DNA from: a virus
Length of the DNA: 64,000 nt
IMG/VR virus record: IMGVR_UViG_3300027518_000004
Strand: one strand, 5' to 3'
Part shown: positions 39,106-47,529 of the stretch, piece after piece
Layout of the letters: each line of letters starts with the position of its first letter
Position numbering within the stretch: the first letter of the stretch is position 1
Translations under genes and position numbers: made by a program
Notes under the pieces: model-generated
The model's input: the letters and a program-made list of their open reading frames with translations, nothing else
Told to the model about the DNA's origin: nothing
Databases searched by the model: none

Positions 39106-39143
39106 TCCCTATCGTATAGGCTTTATTTTTTACCGGCTTCATG

Positions 39144-39150
39144 CTAAATA
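39144..39150 (+). promoter_or_regulatory. Late promoter CTAAATA (hsp20)
   Basis: Directly before the structured hsp20 leader. Confidence 0.55.
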
Positions 39151-39152
39151 TG

Positions 39153-39209
39153 ACTGAGGAAATCGCCTTAATGGGATTTCTTCAGTAAACCTCTCGCTTT
39201 TTAAGGAGA
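39153..39209 (+). promoter_or_regulatory. Two-hairpin 5' leader of hsp20 that sequesters the Shine-Dalgarno
   Basis: ACTGAGGAAATC...GATTTCTTCAGT (39153-39186), then TCTC-G-CTT-TTT-AAG-GAGA (39192-39209), which pairs AAGGAG. Confidence 0.6.
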
Positions 39210-39216
39210 CATTAAA

Positions 39217-39642
39217 ATGACACTAGCAAAGTACAATACAACTACTCTTTCAAAATTTTTTGATGATCTAGATAAATCTAGTATCGGACTTTATGATTGG
39301 CTCGATAGGGTTGCCTATATGGATACCCAGTCAAATTATCCTCCATATAATCTTCTAAAATTATCAGATATTTCCTACAAATTAGAACTCGCAGTTGCTG
39401 GCTTTAAACGTTCAGAACTATCTGTTTATACCGAAAATAATCAGTTGGTTATTGAAGCAACTCGGGTCGAAAAAGAAAATCATAATTATATACACAGATC
39501 TCTTTCTCAAAGAAATTTTAAGAGAGTCTGGTCCCTTTCTGACGACGTTAGGGTTAACAATGTAGATCTTGTTGACGGCATCTTAACCGTTCATCTTGAT
39601 CGATTCGTTCCTGAACATCAAAAGAAAAAAGTATTTTTCTAA
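39217..39642 (+). CDS. hsp20: Small heat shock protein Hsp20
   Basis: SNYPPYN, ELAVAGF, V.LVDGIL.V.L..FVPE motifs. Confidence 0.93.
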   Translation: MTLAKYNTTTLSKFFDDLDKSSIGLYDWLDRVAYMDTQSNYPPYNLLKLSDISYKLELAVAGFKRSELSVYTENNQLVIEATRVEKENHNYIHRSLSQRNFKRVWSLSDDVRVNNVDLVDGILTVHLDRFVPEHQKKKVFF

Positions 39643-39685
39643 ATACTTTTGGCTACCCACCCAAATAAAGTCGGCGCAAACCCCC

Positions 39686-39715
39686 TTGACAAAAAGACCA
39701 AGAGGGTGCTAAAAT
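39686..39715 (+). promoter_or_regulatory. Sigma70-like promoter for the polymerase operon
   Basis: TTGACA-18 nt-TAAAAT with TGn. Confidence 0.75.
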
Positions 39716-39719
39716 CAAA

Positions 39720-39743
39720 GGGTCCTTAAAAGACCCCTTTTTT
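39720..39743 (+). terminator. Terminator-like hairpin at the start site of that promoter
   Basis: GGGTC-7 nt-GACCC-C-TTTTTT. Confidence 0.55.
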
Positions 39744-39744
39744 C

Positions 39745-39996
39745 ATGGAAATAAAAATTATACTATTCCCAAATAATCTTACTCTTATTGCACAAATTCA
39801 AGAGATTGTCCCGGAAGATATTGGGCAACCAGATTGTAAAATTATAGAACCATTTATTATCAATGGCGATTTTCTATCGGCCTGGTTGATTGATGTGTCT
39901 TCTCAAAACGCTTTTATGATGCATTCTGACAAATTTCTTACAATTGCTGAACCTAATATTAATCTTCTTGCAAAATATAAAGAATTAATTAAATAA
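39745..39996 (+). CDS. Conserved small protein preceding gp43 (Sm-like fold predicted)
   Basis: IGQPDCKIIEPF...MMHSDKFLTI motif; synteny. Confidence 0.75.
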   Translation: MEIKIILFPNNLTLIAQIQEIVPEDIGQPDCKIIEPFIINGDFLSAWLIDVSSQNAFMMHSDKFLTIAEPNINLLAKYKELIK

Positions 39997-41282
39997 TGTT
40001 TTACACTTCAGTTAAACAAATCGGAAACGCAATTTATGAAAGGGGGTATGATGACTCTGGTGTTCCATTTCAAGTCAGAGTAGATTATAACCCAACTTTT
40101 TATATTACTTCAAGCAGACCATCAGAGTGGAAAACTTTAGATAATAAAAATGTTTCTCCTATAAAACCAGGATCAATCAAAGAGTGTAAAGAATGGTTAA
40201 CACAATATAAAGATGTTGATAATATTTCGATTTATGGGCACGAAACAGCAATTTACCAATACCTTGCTGAACAATATCCAGAAGAAATTGAAGATTTTAA
40301 CATTAATAAAATCAGGCTGTATACCTTAGATATTGAGACAGCAGCGGAATTAGGTGGGTTTCCTGAACCAGACATTGCCCAAGAAGAAATTCTCCTGATT
40401 ACTATTCAGGATTATTCAACCAAAAAAATCTATACCTGGGGAAGTAGACCTTTTTCTGAGGTAATGGATAATTATGTTTATCAAGAATGCGCCAATGAGG
40501 TCGATCTTCTTAATAAGTTTTTGACCTTCTGGGAGGCCAATTATCCTGATGTTGTGACATCTTGGAATGGAAATTCGTTTGATATCCCATACATAATCAA
40601 CCGAATTAAAAGAGTTCTTGGAACTGCCGACGCAAAAAGGCTTTCTCCTTGGAAATTCATCCGTGATCGTCAGATCCAAAAGAACAATAAAGTAGAAACC
40701 CAATATGAAATTTATGGGGTAAGTCTTCTTGACTACATGGAGCTTTATAAAAAGTATTCATTCAAAAACCCAGAAAACTATCGACTAGATACGATTGCCT
40801 ATAATGAACTAGGCCAGAATAAACTAGATCACTCTCAGTATGAGACGTTTAAGGACTTTTATACTTATGGATGGGATACCTACGTCAAATATAACAAGAT
40901 TGACGTAGAACTTGTTGATCGCCTAGAAGAAAAACTCCAACTAATTAACATGGCGATTGATCTTGCCTATCAATCAAAGTCTAATTATGAGGACGTTTTT
41001 TATCAGGTGCGAATGTGGGACAACATTATTTTTAATTACCTTAATAAAAAGAAGATTGTTATTCCACTTAAAAAAGAATCAAACAAGTCAGAAAAGTTTG
41101 CGGGTGCCTACGTAAAAGAGCCAATTCCTGGTCTTTATGGATGGACAGTGACTCTTGACCTTACGTCACTCTACCCGCATATTATGATGCAGCACACAAT
41201 CTCACCAGATTCGCTTATAGAGAATTCTCAAATAAACTCTAGAATTTTAGAGTTAGAAAAGGAGTTGAAGACTAGGAGCTAA
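39996..41282 (+). CDS. gp43A: DNA polymerase gp43, N-terminal piece (3'-5' exonuclease plus motif A)
   Basis: LDIET, SWNGNSFDIPY, YNKIDV, TLDLTSLYP motifs; ends ISPDSLIENSQINSRILELEKELKTRS-stop. Confidence 0.95.
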   Translation: MFYTSVKQIGNAIYERGYDDSGVPFQVRVDYNPTFYITSSRPSEWKTLDNKNVSPIKPGSIKECKEWLTQYKDVDNISIYGHETAIYQYLAEQYPEEIEDFNINKIRLYTLDIETAAELGGFPEPDIAQEEILLITIQDYSTKKIYTWGSRPFSEVMDNYVYQECANEVDLLNKFLTFWEANYPDVVTSWNGNSFDIPYIINRIKRVLGTADAKRLSPWKFIRDRQIQKNNKVETQYEIYGVSLLDYMELYKKYSFKNPENYRLDTIAYNELGQNKLDHSQYETFKDFYTYGWDTYVKYNKIDVELVDRLEEKLQLINMAIDLAYQSKSNYEDVFYQVRMWDNIIFNYLNKKKIVIPLKKESNKSEKFAGAYVKEPIPGLYGWTVTLDLTSLYPHIMMQHTISPDSLIENSQINSRILELEKELKTRS

Positions 41283-41285
41283 ATA
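41279..41285 (+). promoter_or_regulatory. Late promoter CTAAATA for the HNH gene inside gp43
   Basis: Includes the gp43A stop codon. Confidence 0.6.
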
Positions 41286-41308
41286 ACTTTTTATTTACAA
41301 GTACGTCG

Positions 41309-41872
41309 ATGCCGAAAGAAATTTATATTTCAAGAGAAGAATTATATGATGTTTACATTGGGCAGAATATGACTAGAGCCCAATGCGCCACCTATTTTGG
41401 CTGCTCCGATCCATGTATAAAAATAAAAATACGAAAGTATGGTTTACAAAAACCGAAAAAATTAGAAATTGAGAATAAAAAAAGAAAAAGGGGAATAGTT
41501 TATTGTAAGACTTGTGGTAAGCCATTTGAAGTAGAGCCTTTTCGGGCTCGCAATAGTAAATATATACCAAAAAATTGCTCGCGTGAGTGTGCTACATTAT
41601 CACTGACTCTCGGGGAGGAGCATAAAGCATTGACTAGAGCCGTTTTGGCGGCTAAAAGGCGGGCAAGAATGAAAGAAGCCTATGATCCCACCGCTGACAA
41701 AGAAGCAATAAGAGAAATTTATGCCACTGCAAGAAGAATGACTAAAGAAACTGGAATTCAATATCACGTTGATCATATTATACCAATATGTAAGGGTGGT
41801 AAGCATCATCAAGACAATCTTCAGATACTCACTAGAACTGAAAATTTTAAAAAAGGTTCAAAAATTTTATGA
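41309..41872 (+). mobile_element. HNH homing endonuclease gene inserted between the gp43 pieces
   Basis: N-terminal HTH-like region, CKTC...CSREC zinc motif, YHVDHIIPICKGGKHHQDNLQILTRTEN. Confidence 0.9.
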
Positions 41873-43227
41873 CAGATATGTGGAAAAATGTTAATGTGAT
41901 GTCTACTTTTGAAATTGAAGAGGAATTGAATGCATTAAAAAAAATTCAAAAAATAACAACTGAAATAACTATTGATAAAGTATTGTCCCGCAATACTGAT
42001 ACAGATTGTTTAAAAAAATATCCAATAACAATTACTCCAAATGGAGTCTTATACAACAAGAGTAAAATGGGATTTTTACCCGAACTCCTTGAAATTATGT
42101 TTGAAAAAAGAAAATTTTATAAGGATAAAATGAAAGAGCTTGAACGAGAGTATGAAGAGACTCATGATGGCGATGTTAAAACAAAAATTTCAACTTATAG
42201 TATAAAGGAAAAATCCATTAAAGTTTGTTTAAATTCTTGTTATGGTGCGACTGGAAATCCTTATTTTAGATTTTATGATTTGAGAAATGCCGAGGCTGTG
42301 ACGTATACTGGTCAGTTAGCAATTCGTTGGATTGAACGAAAATTTAATGAATATTTTAATAAAATTTTAAAAACAAATGATATAAATTATGTAATTTATT
42401 GCGATACTGATTCCGCTTTTTTGAACTTAACTCCACTTATAGAAAAAATTTATAGTAATAAAATGCCACCCACATCAGACATCGTGAATTTTTTAGACAA
42501 GATTTTTTCTACTGAGATTCAGATGTATGTAAATGATTCCTATGAGGAGTTGGCCAATTATCTTCATGCTTATAAAAATAAGCTCCATATGAAGAGAGAA
42601 AAAATTGCCGACAAGTTTCTTATTACGGGCAAAAAGCACTACATCATTAACGTATGGGATAATGAAGGAGTAAGATATTCTGAACCAAAGATTTCTGTTA
42701 CTGGAATTGAGGCGGTTAAATCATCTACTCCTGCTTTTTGTAGAGATAAACTTAATGTGGCTTTTGAAGTATTAATGAACTATACTGAAGAAGACATGAT
42801 TAAATTTGTTGAAGAAACAAAAAAAGAATTTTTTAAACTTGCCCCAGAAGATGCAGCATTTCCAAAAGGAGTATCAGATGTAACTAAATTTTTGGCCACG
42901 ACTGCCCTATATAAAAAGGGAACACCTATCCATGTACGAGGTTCCATTCTATACAATAATAACCTTAAAAAGCATGGCTTGGAGAACAAATACAATTTTA
43001 TAACCAATGGCGAAAAGATAAAATATTGCTATTTAAACATGCCTAATCCAATCATGGAAAATGTGATTGGGTTCATACAGACTTTACCAAAAGAATTCGG
43101 TCTACATGCTTACGTAGATTATGAGACCCAGTTCGATAAAACTTTCGTGCAACCTTTAAAAGCAATATTAGATATCATTGGTTGGAAAACAGAACAAACA
43201 ATTACACTCGATCAATTTTTCATATAA
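41869..43227 (+). CDS. gp43B: DNA polymerase gp43, C-terminal piece (fingers, palm motifs B and C, thumb)
   Basis: GFLPELL, KVCLNSCYGATG (motif B), YCDTDS (motif C), C-terminal PCNA/gp45-binding TLDQFF. Confidence 0.95.
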   Translation: MTDMWKNVNVMSTFEIEEELNALKKIQKITTEITIDKVLSRNTDTDCLKKYPITITPNGVLYNKSKMGFLPELLEIMFEKRKFYKDKMKELEREYEETHDGDVKTKISTYSIKEKSIKVCLNSCYGATGNPYFRFYDLRNAEAVTYTGQLAIRWIERKFNEYFNKILKTNDINYVIYCDTDSAFLNLTPLIEKIYSNKMPPTSDIVNFLDKIFSTEIQMYVNDSYEELANYLHAYKNKLHMKREKIADKFLITGKKHYIINVWDNEGVRYSEPKISVTGIEAVKSSTPAFCRDKLNVAFEVLMNYTEEDMIKFVEETKKEFFKLAPEDAAFPKGVSDVTKFLATTALYKKGTPIHVRGSILYNNNLKKHGLENKYNFITNGEKIKYCYLNMPNPIMENVIGFIQTLPKEFGLHAYVDYETQFDKTFVQPLKAILDIIGWKTEQTITLDQFFI

Positions 43228-43233
43228 AAACTT

Positions 43234-44277
43234 ATGGACTTTTTAAAGGATATTATTAAAGAAGTTGGCAGTGAATATGCTCAGCTTGCACAAGAAATAA
43301 ATGAAGATGAAATTTTTGTAGATACTGGATCATATTTGTTTAATGCATTAATTAGTGGAACTTTATTTGGAGGAGTATCTTCTAATAAAATTACTACATT
43401 TTCTGGATTGCAGGGTTCAGGGAAAACATTTTTTTCTCTTGCAGTCGTAAAGAATTTTCTAGAAATGAATCCTGAAGGTTATTGCTTGTATTTTGATACA
43501 GAGGCTGCTGTAACCAAAAAGATGTTGTCTGAAAAAGGAATTGACCTGTCAAGAGTAGTCGTTCTTAGTGTTGTTACAATTGAAGAATTCAGGACTAAGG
43601 CACTGAAAGCCGTTGATGTTTACATGAAAAAATCAGAAGAAGAGAGAAAGCCGTGTATTTTTGTTTTAGATTCTCTTGGGATGCTTTCTACCAATAAAGA
43701 AATTAATGATACTCTTGCAGGTGAAGAAAAGCGAGATATGACAAGGGCTCAGCTTACAAAAGCCGCATTTAGAATGCTTACTCTTAAGTTAGGTAAGGCC
43801 AACATCCCGATGATTGTAACAAATCACATTTATGCTAATGTTGGTGGTTATGGTCCGGCTTTTGTTCAAAGTTCTGGATCAGGTATGCAATATTCTGCCT
43901 CAACGATTGTGGAGCTAACTAAGTCAAAAGAAAAGGACGGGAATGAAATTGTTGGTAATATTATTAAGGCAAAAACATTTAAATCTCGTCTTAGTAAAGA
44001 AAATCAAGAAGTTATAGTACGTTTGTATTATGATCATCGCGGGCTTGACAAATTCTACGGGCTTGTAGAATTAGGAGAAGAATCTGGTATAATTCCTAGG
44101 GTCGGCAACCGTTATGAGATCAACGGTAAAAAAATTGGTAAAAATGTCATTTATGCCAACCCCGAAGAATATTTCACCCCAGAACTTCTTGAAAAACTAG
44201 ATGAATACGCCCAGAAGAAATTTAAATATGGTTCTTCATTTGACGAAGAACCTGTAGTCACAGAGGATGATGCTTGA
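43234..44277 (+). CDS. uvsX: RecA-like recombinase UvsX
   Basis: GLQGSGKT, YFDTEAA, VLDSLGML, DMTRA motifs. Confidence 0.95.
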   Translation: MDFLKDIIKEVGSEYAQLAQEINEDEIFVDTGSYLFNALISGTLFGGVSSNKITTFSGLQGSGKTFFSLAVVKNFLEMNPEGYCLYFDTEAAVTKKMLSEKGIDLSRVVVLSVVTIEEFRTKALKAVDVYMKKSEEERKPCIFVLDSLGMLSTNKEINDTLAGEEKRDMTRAQLTKAAFRMLTLKLGKANIPMIVTNHIYANVGGYGPAFVQSSGSGMQYSASTIVELTKSKEKDGNEIVGNIIKAKTFKSRLSKENQEVIVRLYYDHRGLDKFYGLVELGEESGIIPRVGNRYEINGKKIGKNVIYANPEEYFTPELLEKLDEYAQKKFKYGSSFDEEPVVTEDDA

Positions 44278-44333
44278 CTTTTTGAGTCACAGTACCATCA
44301 TAAATGAATGACCTACCTTTACCATTAATGTGT

Positions 44334-44340
44334 CTAAATA
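44334..44340 (+). promoter_or_regulatory. Late promoter CTAAATA
   Basis: Start of a 19-nt element shared with 47502-47520. Confidence 0.55.
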
Positions 44341-44371
44341 ATAGTGCCTGGGTTGTTGGCGCTTTTCAGGT

Positions 44372-44396
44372 GGGGAGAGATTTATTCTCTCCCTTT
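44372..44396 (+). terminator. Hairpin / terminator after uvsX
   Basis: GGGAGAGA-TTTAT-TCTCTCCC-TTT. Confidence 0.7.
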
Positions 44397-44410
44397 AAAA
44401 ACAAATTTTG

Positions 44411-44417
44411 ATAAATA
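44411..44417 (+). promoter_or_regulatory. Late promoter ATAAATA for the HNH gene
   Basis: 28 nt before the ATG at 44446. Confidence 0.6.
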
Positions 44418-44445
44418 CTTAAGCCAATAACCTAAGAGCAGCAAA

Positions 44446-45069
44446 ATGTGTAAATCAGACGAACGCGCTCATAAGCATCATATTATCCCAAAATATATGG
44501 GTGGAAGTGATGAACCTGAAAATCTTGTTGAGGTCACTGTAACTCAACACGCCATGTTTCACTTCTGTAATTATCAATTATGGGGTAATTGGGAAGACAG
44601 ACTAGCCTGGAGAGGTCTATCTGGGCAAATAACTCCAGATGAAATTGCCTTAGAAGCAATGGTTTTAGGTAGTAGAAAAGGTGGAAACAAAATTAAAGAA
44701 AACAAAATAGGAATTTTTAGCCTTTCATCACAAGAACTAAGCGAGGCAGGTAAAAAAGGTGGAAAAATATCCGGAGGCGGAAAAATAGCATCTTCTCAAA
44801 AATGGAAATGCACCGAAACAGGATATGTTTCAACTGCAGGAGGACTTACTTTTTATCAAAAGAAAAGAGCAATTGATACGTCTAATAGAATAAAAATCGA
44901 TGGACCTAGAAGTTGGCAAATTACTTTTGAAAATGGTATAGTTGTTGCTACTACTAAAACTCTAAAAGACTGGGCCAAGGAAAATGAATATAGTTATGAT
45001 TGTCTTCGTAAGGTAAGAGAAGGTGAAATTAAAAACCATAAAGGAATTATAAAAATAATTTGTTTATAA
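44446..45069 (+). mobile_element. Free-standing HNH homing endonuclease gene
   Basis: HKHHIIPKYMGGSDEPENLVEVTVTQHAMFH; GKKGGK low-complexity linker; C-terminal DNA-binding-type module. Confidence 0.85.
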
Positions 45070-45205
45070 TTATTAAATAAAATAAAACCAAATACTTGTA
45101 TTTAAATTTAAAATAGATTACTATAATAATGAAAAAGTTGAACTACTGTTTCTAAAAAACAAATATATAATGAAAAATTACTTCACACCTTAAATTTAAA
45201 TAATA

Positions 45206-45721
45206 ATGATTGAACTAAGTGATCTAATTCAGGTTTATGATAATGCCTTGGATTCTAATGTTTGTGAATTTTTAATCAATGTTCTTGAGTCTAGTCAGCA
45301 ATTACAATTAAATTTAACTGATGCTAGTAGAAACTCTGAAGAAATAAACAAAGTTCATAATCACATTATTTCAAAAGTTTTTGAGTATAAAAAGCAATAT
45401 TATGAGTTTATTGATGATCGGTGTTTTCCTGAACATCATAACTTTGAAAAATTTCAGATTCAAAAATTTAGAATCAATGAAGATTATGTTCCACCTCATG
45501 TTGAGGTCAAGGATCACGAATCAGCAAGAAGATTCCTCGCCTTTAAGTTCTTCCTTAACACGGTAGAACAAGGCGGGGAAACCTCCTTCTCTGATTTTAG
45601 GGTTTTATCTAAACAAGGATCCCTTTTAGTTTTTCCTCCTTTATGGCCTTTTCCATATAAAGAAGAAATACCTGTCAGTAATGACAAATATGTTTTGAAT
45701 TGTTATCTACATTATAAGTGA
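45206..45721 (+). CDS. 2OG-Fe(II) oxygenase superfamily protein (prolyl-hydroxylase-like) with degenerate metal ligands
   Basis: R.LAF.FFLNTVEQGGETSF...GSLLVFPP.W.FP...KY fold motifs; HxD appears as HVE and the distal His appears as Tyr. Confidence 0.8.
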   Translation: MIELSDLIQVYDNALDSNVCEFLINVLESSQQLQLNLTDASRNSEEINKVHNHIISKVFEYKKQYYEFIDDRCFPEHHNFEKFQIQKFRINEDYVPPHVEVKDHESARRFLAFKFFLNTVEQGGETSFSDFRVLSKQGSLLVFPPLWPFPYKEEIPVSNDKYVLNCYLHYK

Positions 45722-47089
45722 ATGGATAAAGTAGAGCTTCTGATTTTAAAAAACCTAATATACAATGACGAATACATAAGAAAAATACTTCCGTATTTAA
45801 AATCTGATTATTTCCAGGATTATTCTCAGAAGATCGTTTTTGAAGAGATTCAGGATTTCTTTTCTTCTTACAATAAACTACCAACCAAAGAAGCCCTAGA
45901 AATTGAAATTGAAAATAGAAGCGATCTAACTGAAAATTCTTTTAAAGAATGTTTATCTGTAATTTCTTGTCTTGATTATGAACCGGTTGATTTTCAATGG
46001 CTATCTCAGGTAACCGAGAAGTGGTGTAAGGACCGGGCCATTTATTTGGCTCTCATGGAATCTATTCAGATCGCTGATGGTGGCGATACCAAAAAGACAA
46101 GGGACGCGATTCCATCGATCCTAGAAGAGGCCTTGTCAATATCTTTTGACACTCATATTGGCCACGATTATATTGAGGATGCTGAAGAGCGTTATGAATA
46201 CTACCATAAGAAAGAATCTAAAATAGCATTCGATATTGATTACTTAAACCGGATTACTGATGGTGGTTTATCGGCCAAGACGCTGAACCTTTTTGTTGCA
46301 CCGCCTGGCGTTGGTAAAAGTCTTTTCCTTTGTCACTTTTCGGCCTCGACTTTACTTCAAGGAAAGAATGTTTTATACATTACTCTTGAAATGGCCGAGG
46401 AAAAAATTGCAGAACGAATTGATGCTAATCTTCTTGACGTTCAGGTTCAGGAGATTAAGAAACTTTCTAAAGATCAGTTTTTTAATAAGACTTATCAACT
46501 GAGTAAAAAGACAAGAGGTAAACTTATTATTAAAGAATACCCACCTGGAACATCGAGTTCAAATCATTTTAAGGTTCTTTTAAAAGAACTTGAAATGAAG
46601 AAAAACTTTAAACCTGATGTGATTGTTATTGATTATTTGAACCTTTGTGCTTCTTCTAGATATAAGGCAAGTACGTCTAATTCTTATACTTATGTTAAGT
46701 CTATTTCGGAAGAAATACGTGGTTTAGGTGTTGAAAATAATATACCGACCCTCTCAGCAGTACAATTCAATAGAAATGGCAGCTCCACAACCGAATCATC
46801 TCTAGAAGACGTTTCGGATTCTTATGGCATCGCCTTTACCGCTGATTTACTTTTGGCCCTTATTTCGACAGAGGAACTAGAGCAGATGAATCAGATTATT
46901 ATAAAACAACTAAAGAATCGTTATGGACCTTTGGATCGTTATAGAAAATTCTCAGTGGGAGTTGACAAATCCAAGATGAGAGTGTATAATGTTGAGCAGG
47001 CGGCCCAAGAAGACTTGATTGGAGCCACTAGCGATCCAGCAGAAATTATTGATTTAAAATCTAAATTTAAAACTATTAACTTTAATTGA
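45722..47089 (+). CDS. gp41: Replicative DNA helicase gp41
   Basis: APPGVGKS, YITLEMAE, VIDYLN, QLKNRY motifs. Confidence 0.96.
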   Translation: MDKVELLILKNLIYNDEYIRKILPYLKSDYFQDYSQKIVFEEIQDFFSSYNKLPTKEALEIEIENRSDLTENSFKECLSVISCLDYEPVDFQWLSQVTEKWCKDRAIYLALMESIQIADGGDTKKTRDAIPSILEEALSISFDTHIGHDYIEDAEERYEYYHKKESKIAFDIDYLNRITDGGLSAKTLNLFVAPPGVGKSLFLCHFSASTLLQGKNVLYITLEMAEEKIAERIDANLLDVQVQEIKKLSKDQFFNKTYQLSKKTRGKLIIKEYPPGTSSSNHFKVLLKELEMKKNFKPDVIVIDYLNLCASSRYKASTSNSYTYVKSISEEIRGLGVENNIPTLSAVQFNRNGSSTTESSLEDVSDSYGIAFTADLLLALISTEELEQMNQIIIKQLKNRYGPLDRYRKFSVGVDKSKMRVYNVEQAAQEDLIGATSDPAEIIDLKSKFKTINFN

Positions 47090-47508
47090 TTATTATGACT
47101 AACCAAAAAATTAACAGCACTGAATATATTGAGTTTGTAAAGCAGACAACAAGCCCGGCTAGTTCGGATGTTGATGTTCTTATTAATCGGATTCGTGAAC
47201 TTGATGGCGAGGGGGTTAAGCTGACTCATCTACTTACGTTTGCTTTGGGGATGATTGGCGAGCTTGGAGAAACAGTGGATCTTATTAAAAAGGTTCTTTT
47301 TCAAAATAAGCCGTACTCAAATGAGGTAAAAAGTAGGATTATTGGTGAGTGTTATGATCAGTGCTGGTATTTGGCTCAATTTTGTATTGCAATGGATCTA
47401 GATTTTGAGGATCTTATGCAGGGTAATTTTGAGAAACTTTCCGCAAGATATCCAGAAGGACACTTTTCCGTCGAACGTTCTGAAAACCGTCGCCCAGGAG
47501 ATGTCTAA
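47086..47508 (+). CDS. mazG: MazG-family NTP pyrophosphohydrolase
   Basis: LGMIGELGETVDLIKK...GECYDQCWY...NFEKLSARYP. Confidence 0.88.
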   Translation: MIIMTNQKINSTEYIEFVKQTTSPASSDVDVLINRIRELDGEGVKLTHLLTFALGMIGELGETVDLIKKVLFQNKPYSNEVKSRIIGECYDQCWYLAQFCIAMDLDFEDLMQGNFEKLSARYPEGHFSVERSENRRPGDV

Positions 47509-47511
47509 ATA
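47505..47511 (+). promoter_or_regulatory. Late promoter CTAAATA
   Basis: Includes the mazG stop codon. Confidence 0.55.
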
Positions 47512-47529
47512 GTAGTGCCTATTTGGTGA

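Noticed and set aside
41222-41960. Group I intron interrupting gp43
   Set aside because: Only 26 nt is non-coding, the HNH stop overlaps the gp43B start, and no P7/P3-like elements were found. Both pieces have their own start or stop and added coding tails.
45070-45205. Sigma70 promoter in the AT-rich gap before the 2OG-Fe(II) gene
   Set aside because: TTGTAT/TTGAAC and TATAAT boxes are 20-22 nt apart, outside normal spacing; probably chance in very AT-rich DNA.
47527-47529. Genome-wide stop-codon reassignment (TGA or TAG)
   Set aside because: Core genes translate fully in the standard code and TGA/TAG end many genes properly; the in-frame TGA is a single case.
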